Assembly: GCF_009914755.1 (NCBI RefSeq)
Contig: NC_060939.1
Source: the human T2T-CHM13v2.0 reference genome, Homo sapiens
DNA: 64,000 bases
Reading direction: 5' to 3' (one strand)
Positions 24,161 through 37,920 of the stretch are shown here, piece by piece. The position numbers were made by a program, and so were the translations under genes. Every line of letters starts with the position of its first letter. Position 1 is the stretch's first letter. Below the pieces are notes generated by a model that saw nothing but the letters and a program-made list of their open reading frames with translations, did no database searches and had not been told where the DNA came from.

Positions 24161-24329
24161 GGTTGAGGAGGAGGGTGCCAGGGTTCCCTACCATGGATGA
24201 TGTTTATCCTAAAGCAGCCTATGACATGTGTGAGACTCAGGGATCCCCTCATTTCTATGTAGCCTGGCTACAAAGCCTCCCGGAGCTGGTTAAAGAAGGG
24301 CCGAGGACCACCTGCCTCGGAACCAGGAA

Positions 24330-24660
24330 TCTTGGAGCTGATTTTAAATGTGCATTTCCAGGTCCAGGACACACCTTCAGAATCAGAAGCTCTGGGGACG
24401 TCCCCAGATCTGTATTTTAGGAGCTCAGCAGGAAACTTGGAAGTAGATTGAAAGTTGTAGACCTTTAATTTGGTCTCTATGAGATTTAGTCTGTCGAGAG
24501 AGCCTGAGATTCTCTGGCCTCTAGGGAGGAGGTTCTCAACCTACACTGTTCATTAGAACTTCGGATGGCAGAGCTTCATACTCAGAGATTCTGATTTACT
24601 TGGTCTCGCAGGGGTCTGGGCACCATTATTTCTCCCCAGGTGATTTTGTGATGCCAGCAA
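24330..24660. mobile_element. MER5-family hAT fragments (two pieces)
   Basis: aaatgtgcatttccaggtcc...gaatcagaagctctgggg; ggttctcaacct...gagattctgatttacttggtct...ccccaggtgatt. Confidence 0.6.
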
Positions 24661-25305
24661 GGCAGGAGAGTAAGGGAGGAAGAGAGAGAGATGTGGGGAG
24701 CTCTGAGTCTTAAATCAGGGCATGACGGGGCCAGGATGGGGATGGGGGAGTGGGGAGGCTGCAAGAGCACTGCTTCAGCTGCTTTAGCCTCACCTTTTCC
24801 ACACACCCCTCCTTCTGTCCCTGCTTCCACAGCACCTGCTCCATGCCAGGCCCTGTGCTGGGCACTGGGACACTGATACAGTTATTGCTGGAGTGTCCAG
24901 TCCTCAGAGGAGCTTGGTGTGTGTGTGACGGTTCCTAGACCACTTCCCAGCTCACCACGGTCAGGAAATGTGCATGTTGAGAATGACCAAGCCAGAGGAG
25001 TCTCTCACCACCTCATTTTCCTGCCTGAGGCCCGGGGATGAGAAGGGACTCGCCCATGGTCACATGGGTGTAAGGGCGAGAGACAGCTGAGCACATGATG
25101 CAGGTGAAGGTTCCCAGCCTTTCCCAGGTGCCTGGGCAGCGGGAAGGACTGAACGCTGCATGAGGGTTTAGGGGCAGGGAGGGGGAGGAGTCAGGGGGTG
25201 AACTTGCAGCAGAGAAGGGGGAGGATGGAACCCGTCACAGCCCCAACACCATAGCTGAGCATCCAGTGCCCTCCAGAAATGGGAGTCCACTTAGTGCTCA
25301 GCGCC

Positions 25306-25718
25306 TGTGTTAGCCCATTTCGCATTGCTGTAAAGGAACACTGGAGAGTGGGTAATTTATGAAGAAAAGAGGTTTGATTGGCTCATGGTTCTGCAGGCTG
25401 GACAAGAAGCACGGCACCAGCATCTGCTCAACTTCTGGGGAGGCCTCAGGGAGCTTTTACTCAGGGCACAAGGTGGAGGGCGGACAGGGGTGTCACATGG
25501 TAAAAGAGGGAGCAAGAGGGATGCCAAGCTCCTTTAAACAACCAGCTCTCACGTGAACTCATAGAGTGAGATCTCGCTCATTACCATGAGGATGCACCAA
25601 GCCATTCATTTGGGATCCACACCTATAACCCAAACACCTCCTACTGGGCCCCACCTCCAACACTGGAGGCCACATTTCAACATGAGATTTGGAGGGGACA
25701 CACATCCAAACCATATCA
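25306..25718 (-). mobile_element. MST-family (ERVL-MaLR) solo LTR
   Basis: tgtgttagcccatttcgcattgctgtaaagg...gggtaatttatgaagaaaagagg...ccaaaccatatca. Confidence 0.9.
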
Positions 25719-25789
25719 CGCTCATTGTACAAATGTGGGAAGTGAGGCCCAGGAGCAGTGGGACATGTCCAGGGCCACATCCACACTCA

Positions 25790-26710
25790 GACATGCACAG
25801 ATGCACATGCAACATATGCACATACACACAGGCACACAGCCACATACACATGCACACACATACAGATACACACAGTCACACTCACATACACACAGGCACA
25901 CAGACACATATACATGCACACACATACAGATACACAGTCACACTCACATACACACAGGCACACAGCCACATACACATGCACACACATACAGATACACACA
26001 GTCACACTCACATACACACAGGCACACAGCCACATATACATGCACACACATACAGATACACACACAGTCACACTCACATACACACAGGCACACAGACACA
26101 TATACATGCACACACATACAGATACACAGTCACACTCACATACACATAGGCACACAGACACATATACATGCACACACATACAGATACACACGCAGTCACA
26201 CTCACATACACACAGGCACACAGCCACATATACATGCACACACATACAGATACACATGCAGTCACACTCACATACACACAGGCACACAGCCACATATACA
26301 TGCACACACATACAGATACACACGCAGTCACACTCACATACACACAGGCACACAGCCACATATACATGCACACACATACAGATACACACGCAGTCACACT
26401 CACATACACACAGGCACACAGACACATATACATGCACACGCTCACACAGATACACAGTTACACTCACATACACACAGACACACTCATACACACACAAATG
26501 GACACACAAATGCACACATATACACACATCATACACACATTTACACACAAGCACGCAGACACATACAACATGCACCTATTCACATATAGATACATACAGA
26601 CATACATATACACAGCCACAGGCACAAATGCACACATATACACACAGACATGCATACATGTGAACACACACAAATACACACATACACCATACACACACTC
26701 ACACAGCTTA
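25790..26710 (+). repeat. CA-rich minisatellite (about 10 copies of a 62-66 bp unit) with degenerate (CA)n flanks
   Basis: gt(c/t)acactcacatacac anchor at 25875, 25937, 26001, 26067, 26129, 26195, 26261, 26327, 26393, 26457. Confidence 0.95.
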
Positions 26711-28499
26711 GACACCTATGATCTCCAGAGTTCTTTCCACACACAGCTTTGTGTCTCAGCCTGAGTGTAGGTTATTGATTCTTTGGTATTGAAAAATTTA
26801 TTTCTGCATTTTTAAACCACAGTTCTTGCTGAGGATACCCTAAACCTTAACATCAAATGAATCATCGTGATGTGAGGTTTCGGAGGGTGATCGTCTTTTC
26901 TATTTCTCTTAATCAAGAAATCATTTGTAATTGCCTTTAATAGAGATAAATGAAAACCCACCTTTACCTTATTATAAAATTGGTATTTTCAATCTTTAAA
27001 TATAAAGTTTCTCAGCCCAGGAGTCTATAGATTCTGTAAAAACAGGAAGCTCCTCTTCCAGGAATTTGAAATTGCTTCAACCTCCTCATCGACTGAGATG
27101 GCCAGGCTCCTCTGTGTGCCTGGCTAAGGTTCTAGAGCCCAAGCAGGCCCGCCTCCTGCCCACTAGGGGATCTGCTGACATGCACCCCCAACAGGGCAAC
27201 AGGGACTAAAGATAGCCCCTTCGCCCACAGGGATACTCTCACATATACTGACAGACATTCATCTGCGTGAACACACATTTATCCACACCAGCTTACACAG
27301 AGAAACGTACACACACACACACCCATGCAGATACATGTGTGCCAAGACACACACACGTATGCTTCCATCACACACTGTGGGCCTCCTATACACACACTCC
27401 AAGGCTCCTTATTGCCTACAAATATAGAAAGGTGTGTGTGTGTGAGAGAGGGAGAGAGAATAAGAGAGACTTTATTTTATAGGAAGATGGGGAACAATAA
27501 TTTGGGGCTCTATATTTTAAACTCTAAGTCCTAAGATTTAAAACAATCTATTCTTAATTCTCACCTTCTTCCCCTCCCACCCTGACCGCCACGCTTCATT
27601 TTCTAGAAAATCAACAGGTGAGATGCTGAGGATCTGGGGTGACATCAGCAGGTGATACAGGGCAGAATCAGGGCCTTCCTCCATCACCTACTGTTCAGAG
27701 AGGAGCAGCCAAGGGTCTTCAAGCCAAAGGGGCTGCCTGAACAAACAGACAGGTAGAACTCAAAGCAGGTGGAGGGTTAAAAGGTGTTGCTGCTTTCTGC
27801 AAAGCCCACTGTTAACATCTCCTCCAAGGCCAAGAGCAATTCTGTAGCAGGAAGGTGCAGAGGCCTCCCAAGACAGTCTCCTGGAAAGTAACCACTCACG
27901 TGGCATCTCATGGGAGGAAAAGTTAACAGAAAAGGAATCTCACAGGAGGTGAAGGGCACAGGCTTTGCTTCTTCAGACCCCAGGGACAGGGTGCCCCTTT
28001 TGCTATGAGTCGAGCAGCAGAAACATCTTTGCTGCAGCCCTGACAAGCTGCTCTGTTTATGAGTCACTAGGGAGTCACTCTGGCTCTCCTTCACATCTAG
28101 AAGAAACCGTATTCATCTCTGATGACCTTCTACTGAACACGGCAGCAGCAGAACCCCAGAGAATGTCAGAATGTCTGACCCAACTTCAGCCTCTCTCCTG
28201 GCACAGCTGGCAGCCAATAGTGTCAGGGACTGGCCCTGGACCAGAGGCCTAAGCATTGGCTTCTAAGCCACTTGCAACCTCAGCTGCCACTTAACTTTCC
28301 TGGGTCTCAGCCTCACTTCTGTTACCATGGGGAGGCTTATTACACAGGCACACATGAGTCTCTAGGGTTCCAGAGCAAACCTATCACCCATGACAATGAA
28401 GCCTGTAGAAGTTGTTCTTATCTGAGGCTCACTGATCACAACAAAAGCAGAAGATCACTTCCTCAAAGATGTGACAAATGGACTCGCAACTTGATATAT

Positions 28500-28710
28500 G
28501 CCCGGAACATTAGAGTTTACAAAGTTCTTTAAGAAAAGTATTTTTCTTTATGCTCCCAACACCCCTGTGAAGATTACATAAGACATTTTTATTCCACCTC
28601 TGAAGATGAGAAAATCGAGGCCCCAGAGAGAAAAAGTGTGTTTTTCTGAAGGTCACACATACAATAGATGTACAGAGGCGAGACTCCAACCCAGCACAGG
28701 CTCAGAACAT
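28500..28710 (-). mobile_element. MIR SINE
   Basis: tgaagatgagaaaatcgaggccccagagag...aaggtcacac. Confidence 0.75.
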
Positions 28711-28963
28711 TCCAAAGGGCTTCAGAATTCAGGGTATGTCCTCACAAATCCTTTTGGGGTGGTGCAAGAAGCCTGACCCTCAGCCAGAATGCAATTACCT
28801 GCCTTTATCCAAGGGGGCCTGCAATGTCCACTCAGCACACTGAGAAGGCAGTGACCATGGCCATCATTGCTCTATTCCTGGCACCTGGCATATGGTGCCT
28901 GCCACAGAACAAATGATCAGATTATATTTGTAGAATAAATGGGAGAATGGACCCTGGCTGATT

Positions 28964-29433
28964 GGATGGATGGATGGATGGATGGATAGATAGATGGATA
29001 GATGGATAAATGGATGAATGGATGAATGGGTGGATAGATGGATAAATGGATGGATATATGGATGGATGGATGGATGGATGCATGGATGGATTGATAAATG
29101 GATGAATGGGTAAATGGATGGGTGGATGGATGGATGAATAAATGGATGGATGGATGGATGGATGGATGAATCAATGGATGGATGAATGGATGAATGGGTG
29201 GATGGATGGATAAATGGATGGATATATGGATGGATGGATGGATGCATGGATGGATTGATAGATGGATGAATGGGTAAATGGATGGATGGATGGATGGATG
29301 GATGGATGGATGAATCAATGGATGGATGAATAGATGAATGGGTGGATGGATGGATAAATGGATGGATATATGGATGGATGGATGGATGCATGGATGGATT
29401 GATAAATGGATGAATGGGTAAATGGATGGATGG

Positions 29434-29464
<31 letters not shown>

Positions 29465-29506
29465 AATAAATGGATGGATGAATGGATGAATGGGTGGATG
29501 GATGGA
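28964..29506 (+). repeat. (GGAT)n tetranucleotide array with higher-order duplication
   Basis: Read directly; variant gatatatgga at 29053, 29221, 29365. Confidence 0.95.
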
Positions 29507-29519
29507 GGCATGCCTGCAT

Positions 29520-29745
29520 AAATTGACAAAGAATGGTTACAGACTTTGGAGCTGTACAATCTTAAACTTTAATCTTGCCTCCGTGTTCCTAAATTTGTGC
29601 CTCTGAACAAACCACTTAACCCCTGTGAGTCTCAGTTCTCTCATCTGTAAATGGGTAGCGGTATCTACCTCATACATGTGATAAAGATGATGTTAGCAAC
29701 CCATGCAAAGCCCAGAGCACAGTACCTAGATGAAGCTATGCTTCC
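29520..29745 (+). mobile_element. MIR SINE
   Basis: ccacttaacccctgtgagtctcagttctctcatctgtaaatggg. Confidence 0.8.
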
Positions 29746-30199
29746 ATCATTGGACTTATTTCTATCTGCTCCTGCAGGACCTGGGTTTGTCCACCATGGC
29801 ACCATCTGCTTCCACTCCTGCCCATTTCTGCCCACTCCTGGTCTCTCCAGCCTGTTGGGATCCCTGGCCATGCCTGGCAGATGGTCAGTCATTACTGTGG
29901 CCCTGCCTGACCTAGGTAGCTCATGGGGGCCAAGCCCTGGCTGTGTTTCCCTGCTCTGCACCCAGCACAGTCACCTCCGTTGTCAGATACCCAGGGCCAG
30001 AACAAGTACAGCTACTGGATTCAACCTTCTAGAATTCAGACAATGGGGATATATGTGCTCTAGGATATATGTGTCTAGCCACCTTCCCTGTGGCTGACAT
30101 CAGGTATTAGGAGAGAAAGAGAGGAAGATCCTTCCCTGTCTCCTCTTTTTCTCACTTCCAACTCTCCAGGAAAGGTGCCAGGAAATGAAAAGGACCCAT

Positions 30200-30850
30200 C
30201 TTATCAGTCAGGATGCTTTCTCCTGCATGAAACGGGGAACCCCTACCCAACTGGCTTGAGTAATAAGAAAGCTTGGCCGGGCACGGTGGCTCACGCCTGT
30301 AGTCCCAGCACTTTGGGAGGCCAAGGCAGGTGGACCACTTGAGGTCAGGAGTTCGAGCCTAGCCTGACCAACATGGTGAAACCCCATCTCTACTAAAAAT
30401 ACAAAAAAATAAAATTAGCCAGGCATGGTGGTGGGCGCCTGTATTCCCAGCTACTTGGGAGGCTTAGGCAGGAGAATCACTTGAACCTGTGAGGCGGAGG
30501 TTGCAGTGGGCTCAGATTGCACCACTGCACTCCAGCCTGGATGACAAAGTTAGACTCTCTCTCAAAAAATAATAATAATAAAATAAAAATAAAGTAATAA
30601 GAAAACTGTGAGAGAACAAAAGGCCCAGAGGTAGGACTGAGCCAGCGAGATCCACACTTGGGTCACGAGATGGCTGCTGAAACATCATCCAGGCTCCACG
30701 CATCACATGTAGATGTGAAACAGACAAGCACAGGGGTAGGCCACTCATCCGTGAGAAAAACCTTCCCCAGAGGAAACTTCCTCTTTCATTCACAAACTCA
30801 AGGTCTCGTAACCCCATGCCAGGATGGCTGGACTCCAGGAGTCTCCCTGC
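30200..30850 (-). mobile_element. Old MLT1-like (MaLR) LTR remnant, split by an Alu
   Basis: tcagtcaggatgctttc...cccaactggcttgagtaataag resembles an antisense MLT1 terminus; right boundary uncertain. Confidence 0.45.
30275..30592 (+). mobile_element. Alu (AluS), full length
   Basis: ggccgggcacggtggctcacgcc...A-rich tail; TSD agtaataagaaa(g/a)ct at 30259-30273 and 30593-30607. Confidence 0.96.
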
Positions 30851-30919
30851 TTTGAAGTGTCTGCGGCCCCAGCTTGACCTGGGCTGCAGGCCTTAGGTAA
30901 GGACCTTGGAGCCCTACTC

Positions 30920-31110
30920 TCCTCCATAAAGGTAATGCAGTCACTTCAATATTCGCTCAATATGTCCTTTGATGGGGACGGACCTGCTGGGCTGGCCTGG
31001 AATATTAGCTGGGTTAATTGTCCCTTCAAATGAACAACCAGTTTAATCAAGGACTTAATGCCCTCAGCTATTCAATTATGCCTGCCTCTGGACATGCAGA
31101 TTCCATTACC
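30920..31110. promoter_or_regulatory. Candidate enhancer with a perfect TCF/LEF site
   Basis: CCTTTGATG at 30966-30974 plus ttaattg, tttaatc, cttaatg, caattat; repeat-free. Confidence 0.35.
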
Positions 31111-31337
31111 ACCCAAGCACCTTGCATGGAGGGAGAATGAGATTGTCTGGTGCGTGTGTGTGTGCATGTGTGTGTGTGTGTTGTCATTGCCCACAGGCAT
31201 TTGTTAAGAGCAAACTGTGGGCCTAGAGCCCAAGCTGGCAGGCAGCACCTGACCTTGGCTGTTGGCTGCATGACCTCATCAGGTAGCTCTGCTTGGTTCT
31301 GCTCAAGAGGGTTTTGCCACCACATCTCACTTGCAAA

Positions 31338-31340
<3 letters not shown>

Positions 31341-31410
<70 letters not shown>
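31341..31410 (+). repeat. Compound (TG)21(AG)14 microsatellite
   Basis: Read directly. Confidence 0.97.
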
Positions 31411-31416
<6 letters not shown>

Positions 31417-31689
31417 GCTTGATAAGATCTCTGTGGGCTGTGGGGTTAACCATCTTTAAATTAAATTATTTAAATCAAATTCAACCCATGAAAACCCATA
31501 TTTATACACACACACACACACACGCACACCCATATTCAGCCACTGTTCACTCTACCAAAAAAAAAACCCTAAAGCAAACAAAAAAACCCTTAACTCTAAA
31601 AAGAAAAACAAAAAAGAAAAAAAAAACCTTAACTCTAGAGTTTTTCCTAGGACTATATTGGAATCTTCATTTTCCAACACATTCATGAC

Positions 31690-32040
31690 AAGATGTGGTT
31701 AGAAACAACCTCCATGTCCATCAAAAGGAGAGTGGCTAAATATTTTATGGCATATCTATACAACAGTATGCAGCCATTCCAGGACTGACATGTAGCTCTA
31801 TTCATGAACATGCACATTACACATTACTGAGTTTAAAAAGAAGGTTGCAGACTGCATGCTTACAGCATGATCTGTGGATGGGAAACTATGCTTATCCAGA
31901 TCTATATGAATATTGATGGACAAGGACTTATCTGAAAGAGTAGTCCTCCCCATTTTCCCACTGTTTACATCTGGGTGGTGAGATGTTAGGTTATTTTGTT
32001 TTATTTTTATTTTCTTTATATTCTGGCTATTCTACAAGAA
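31690..32040 (+). mobile_element. Old L1M (L1ME-like) 3' fragment
   Basis: gaaacaacctccatgtccatcaaaaggagagtggctaaatattttatggcatatctataca. Confidence 0.7.
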
Positions 32041-32469
32041 CATATACAGTCAAATGAAGACACTACAGCAATTTTTGCTTGGGGACATTTTCTCATGCCT
32101 TTCCAAAGCCCCTTCCTGTAAGTAAAGATCACACCTATCTCTCCTCCTGAGAGGTCTCAAGTGTTGCATTGGGACTCAGGAAATAGCTGTGGCCCTTATT
32201 CTGTCATCACCTGTTTTGGACACTCTGGGACTTAACTGGCTCCTTCAGAAAATGATTCTGTTATTTATTTCAACAACTTGAAAGGACTTTCATTGGCTTG
32301 TGATTATAGGCAAATACATGATCACTGGTAAAAATTTGAAAAATGCAGAAAAGCATATAGAAGTAAACACCACCCACAATCACATCAACCAAAGAGATCC
32401 ACTGATACCATTTTGTTGTATTTCCTTCTAGTCTTTTTTCTGGGCAAAATGGGGGATTAGGACCTGGAG

Positions 32470-32700
32470 GCAGGCTTAAGTGTGGGTGCTGACTCTTCAG
32501 AGGCAGCCAGTGTTCTGGACCCAGTGCTGCCACTTACCAGCTGGGTGGCCTTGGCTGGGGACCCCACCCGCTCAGCCCGGTTCCTTATTTGTAATGTGGG
32601 AATGATCATCACAATGCCTTTCTCATACGGTATTAATGGAAATGAGGACTAGAAAGCTTCAGCACTATTCCTGGCACAGAGCAGAACATTATTGTTAGAC
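32470..32700 (+). mobile_element. MIR SINE
   Basis: ctgccacttaccagctgggtggccttgg...ttccttatttgtaatgtgggaatga. Confidence 0.75.
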
Positions 32701-32801
32701 TATAAACACTATTTTAGAACCCTTTCTCTCTTTCTGTACACCAGCCTCATATCACTTCTCCCATTGCAAGCAGTTGCCATGCGGATGACAGAAGATGAGG
32801 C

Positions 32802-32980
32802 AGTCGGTGGCTCCTGGCTCTGGCTTCACACCAGAATTATCTGGGAGGCTTAGAAAACACTGGTGCTTGGGCCCCACCCCAGCCTAATTAAATAAGAATT
32901 GTGGGGGTGGGGCCCTGGCATTGGTTTTTCTGGAAAGCTCCCCAGAGGATCCTAATGTGAGCCCTGGCTGAGCACCACTG
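32802..32980. mobile_element. MER5A-family hAT MITE
   Basis: agaattatctgggaggctt...gggccccacccc...ggggtggggccctggcatt...gagcaccactg (internal palindrome). Confidence 0.8.
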
Positions 32981-33269
32981 GTGCATGTCAAAGTGCTTTA
33001 GAAAGGCCAGAGAGCTACATAAACGAAGGAGTTATTATTATTCATTAAGGATACTTCTCTGGGGGTGGAAATGAGTTCATTGACTCCTCCTCACTCTCAC
33101 CTGATCCTTCTAGTGGGACACGTTGGCAGAATCACAATCTCCTGCTCAGAGTGGGGCTTTAGGGCTCCTAAGGCATTCTTACCACTTCTGGAGCTGAGGG
33201 CTGCATGGTTTTCTGAAGTGTCGACGCTGTCCCAGGCACTGTGCTAAGCTGAGCACTTCACATGCAGAA

Positions 33270-34750
<1,481 letters not shown>

Positions 34751-34869
34751 AAAATCTAAAACAGCCAGCCCCACATTCACCTTCTTCAAGGCCTATTGCT
34801 GTGATACAATTCCAACGTTCACCTTGGCTAATACAATCCCAAACCTAGCCCCATTGCCCCCGCCCTGCC

Positions 34870-35190
34870 ATCCCTTCAATACTCTACTTCCTGATGCCTT
34901 GAACATGTGACATGACTCTCATACCTTCCCTAGGCCTTTATATCTGCCGTTCTCACCTTGGGATATGCCCCATTTCTGCCAGGTGTCACCTCCTCCAGAA
35001 AGTCTTCCCAGACTTCCCCAGACACCTCCGGGCTCCTGGAGCCCCTATTTTTCATATATCATTTCTCATGTGTCATTTGTCATACAGTTCACAATAATTG
35101 GTTTCCAGGCCTATGTGCCTTACTGTAATGTCAGCACCCAGCATAGTGCCTGAAAGTAGGGATTATGGAATGAATGAATGAATGAATGGG
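34870..35190 (+). mobile_element. L2 LINE 3' end
   Basis: tgtcacctcctccagaaagtcttcccaga...cagcatagtgcctga...gaatgaatgaatgaatg. Confidence 0.75.
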
Positions 35191-35269
35191 TGGTTTTTAC
35201 CAGGATGGGAGCTGAGGAACAGCTTTTGTCTTTTACACATCCTGTTGAGTTTCCAAATTCTGTATAAGC

Positions 35270-35395
35270 ATGAGCTGTGCCTCAGTTTTCTCATCTGTAA
35301 AATGGGAATAATAACAGCTCCTACCTCACAGAATTATGTAGTGAGGATTAAATGAGTTACTACAGGTAAAGCATGTAGCAGTTATTATTATTTCC
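35270..35395 (+). mobile_element. MIR SINE (core and 3' part)
   Basis: tgtgcctcagttttctcatctgtaaaatgggaataataacag. Confidence 0.9.
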
Positions 35396-35937
35396 AAATC
35401 ACGGTATTGTGATAAAGGAAGAAAATATATTCCAGTGAGTCTGAATCCAGACCCCCAGGCAGTGTCTCCATGACTAACTTTTCTTTCCTGTGACTTTTCA
35501 ACAGACTAGGGCAGGCATTGTAGTTGAGGGCTGGCAAGGTTGTCAAAGGCCCCTGATCCTCCAGACTTCAGAACCCCTTTTCAGGCCTCTCTCTCCCGTC
35601 AGTGACTACACTGGGTAGGGTGGGGGAGCGGGGAGGATCATTTAAATGAGAAGCCCAAGTCAGAACACAGCACAGTCTCAATGGGTGAGTTGGACAGTTA
35701 TACGTCAACCTCCAAATCTGACCATGGGGAGAGAATTGGGGGCACAGACCTTTCTTTGAGTGTCTTCAAGCCACCCCCCCCATAGATCCCTGCCTGGAAT
35801 GAGTCAGGGGAATGTCTTCGCCTTGCTAAGGTCCAGTGTCCTCATCTGCCAAGTGAGGATAGTGACTGTAAGCAGGAAAGGAAATGACAATTCAATGAAA
35901 CCATGAGGAAAAGAGCTTTGGAACCGGTAATGCATTG

Positions 35938-36105
35938 GCAGAGGTTAGCAAACGGTCAGCCTGAGGGCCAGAACATTGATTTGCATTTGAATTACATCAG
36001 ACACATCAGGACTCTCCAGTTGCCCCAGTCCCCACCACTCCCTGTTACTTACTCCAGCCTGCTCCACACTTTCACTCCTGAAGGCATGTGAGTTTGCCAC
36101 CCTTG
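35938..36105. mobile_element. Short hAT-type MITE (MER58-like termini)
   Basis: Imperfect TIRs cagaggttagcaaac ... gtttgccacccttg. Confidence 0.55.
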
Positions 36106-37199
36106 CTACACAATATTAGTTACCAAGGTGCCTGCTCTTCTGTCAACTGCCTGCCTTGAAGAGGCAGCCAGCAGGGGAGAGAGGAGGTGTGACTCTTTGA
36201 ATGCCTGGGGCCACTCTGCTCCACCTGTCTTGGCACTCCACTGAGGTCCAGGCCAAAGCCCCATCAGTCTCAGCCCCAGTAGTTTTCCATGAGCTGAGAA
36301 GTTGCCAAACCTGCATGCTGCCAAGAAGACATGCCTTCCTTTAGCCTCTAGGTACGGAGAATAAATCTGCAGTCTCCTAAACTGCCAAATTCCTGGTCTG
36401 CTGGAGTCTGGGAGGCTAAATGGTGCTTACTAGTCTGGCTCCCAGATGCCCCAAATTCCACCATTATCAACACATTCCTCCATGTTAAGCATTGCGCTGT
36501 AAAGTTCAACGATCTAGTGGGAGGGGCAGGAGAGTGAGTCCAAACTAGGCTGGAGCAGATCTTTAAGGATAAGCTTCGGAATCGGGGGAGGCAGATTCTG
36601 TAAGCTGAAGACAGAACTGGTGGAGGAAGGGGAGAGGGAGAGAGAGACGGTGAGGTGTTAGAAGAGGAAGTTCCCAACCTTTTCAAGGGCAAGGGTGAGA
36701 CAGGAAGGGAAGTAGAGGAGGAGAAGAGCCAAGAAGCAGGGTGGGCACCCAGGCCAGTATGGACAACCAGTCCCATGTTGGGAGCCGGCAGAGTCCACTG
36801 TGTTGTTTGCTAAGTGAGCAAATGACCTCCTGCAGGAACAGACGTGGCTGAAACCACCCCAAATTGCTCTCCCCAACCCCTTCTCCTGCTCTCTTCCATC
36901 CAACCCCCATACAAACAAAGGAATATCAAATGTCCCCTTGCTAGGAGGATTCTACTCCCACTGGGATAGAAAAAGGATATGTCGGACCCCCGGATCAGAG
37001 CATATCATCTGCTCTCTCATCGAAGGCAGGGATAGGCTTATAGGCCCCAGGAGATCACCCCAGGTCTGAGGACCTGTAGGTCTCATCGGCAACCTCCAGC
37101 CCAGGAGGAGCCACCTTTCTTAGGGTCTGTTCTGACAGCAGACCCTGACACATGCCCTTTTGTCCTCAGGGAGAAAGAGTCTTTGGGAGTAGAAGGGGA

Positions 37200-37345
37200 G
37201 TGAGGTGGAGAAATTCAGCTGCCTCCAGATTCCTTGACTTCGCTGTGTGGATCCAGGCAAGACACAACATCCATCCTCAGTTCCCTCATCTGCAAAATGT
37301 GCACAGCTATAGTATTTGCTTCATAGGGCTGCTGAGGATTCAAGG
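37200..37345 (+). mobile_element. MIR SINE
   Basis: cctcagttccctcatctgcaaaatg. Confidence 0.75.
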
Positions 37346-37789
37346 AAGGGGCTCTAGGGTAGGGATTTGAGTTGAACCTGATAGGATGGACCAGATTTTG
37401 ATGGGTGTTTCAGGCAGGGAGCCAAGGCTGAGGGCAGGGGCTGAGGAATACAAGGCATGTCTGGGGCATAGCCTGTGGTCAGAGAAGAGAATTCTGGAAA
37501 GGCAGGCTATGGCTTTATTACCGAGTATCTTCACTGCCCAGCTAAGGACCCTGGACTTGATCCCATAAGCAGCGGAAAGCTGTTGAGGGATCCTTGCATC
37601 TAATAGAGGCTACCAACGCCCGAGGGCGTGATTTGTTCCAGGCCCCAGGGGACGCTTGGTTGCAGTTTTATCTGTCAAATCAGTCAGAGGGAGTCCCCTC
37701 CATTAGGGTCAACAGTGACCCCCAACCCCTTCCCTTCTGCCTCTTCTATTTCTAGGACCTGACAGTGACACAAGATAGACCTGGTCTCA

Positions 37790-37920
37790 GACATTGGTTC
37801 TGTCACATCAGTAGGTGACTGGGCAAGACCCTTAACCATAGGAACCTCAGTTTCCTCATCAGAAATATGGGGGAATAACATTGTCCTCACAGGGTTGTGA
37901 GAATGACATGAACTGGCTCA
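37790..37920 (+). mobile_element. MIR SINE
   Basis: acctcagtttcctcatcagaaatatgggggaataac. Confidence 0.8.

Noticed and set aside
25790-26480. Regularly spaced repeats as a CRISPR-like array
   Set aside because: Units are contiguous with no unique spacers, there are no cas genes, and the context is eukaryotic.
25586-26764. Long His/Thr-rich and Cys/Val-rich ORFs (up to 301 aa)
   Set aside because: Translations of the CA-rich minisatellite; open in several frames on both strands because the repeat lacks stops.
28864-29559. 231-aa and 200-aa (HPSI)n ORFs
   Set aside because: Translation of (ATCC)n; the same applies to the ORFs at 49135-50448.
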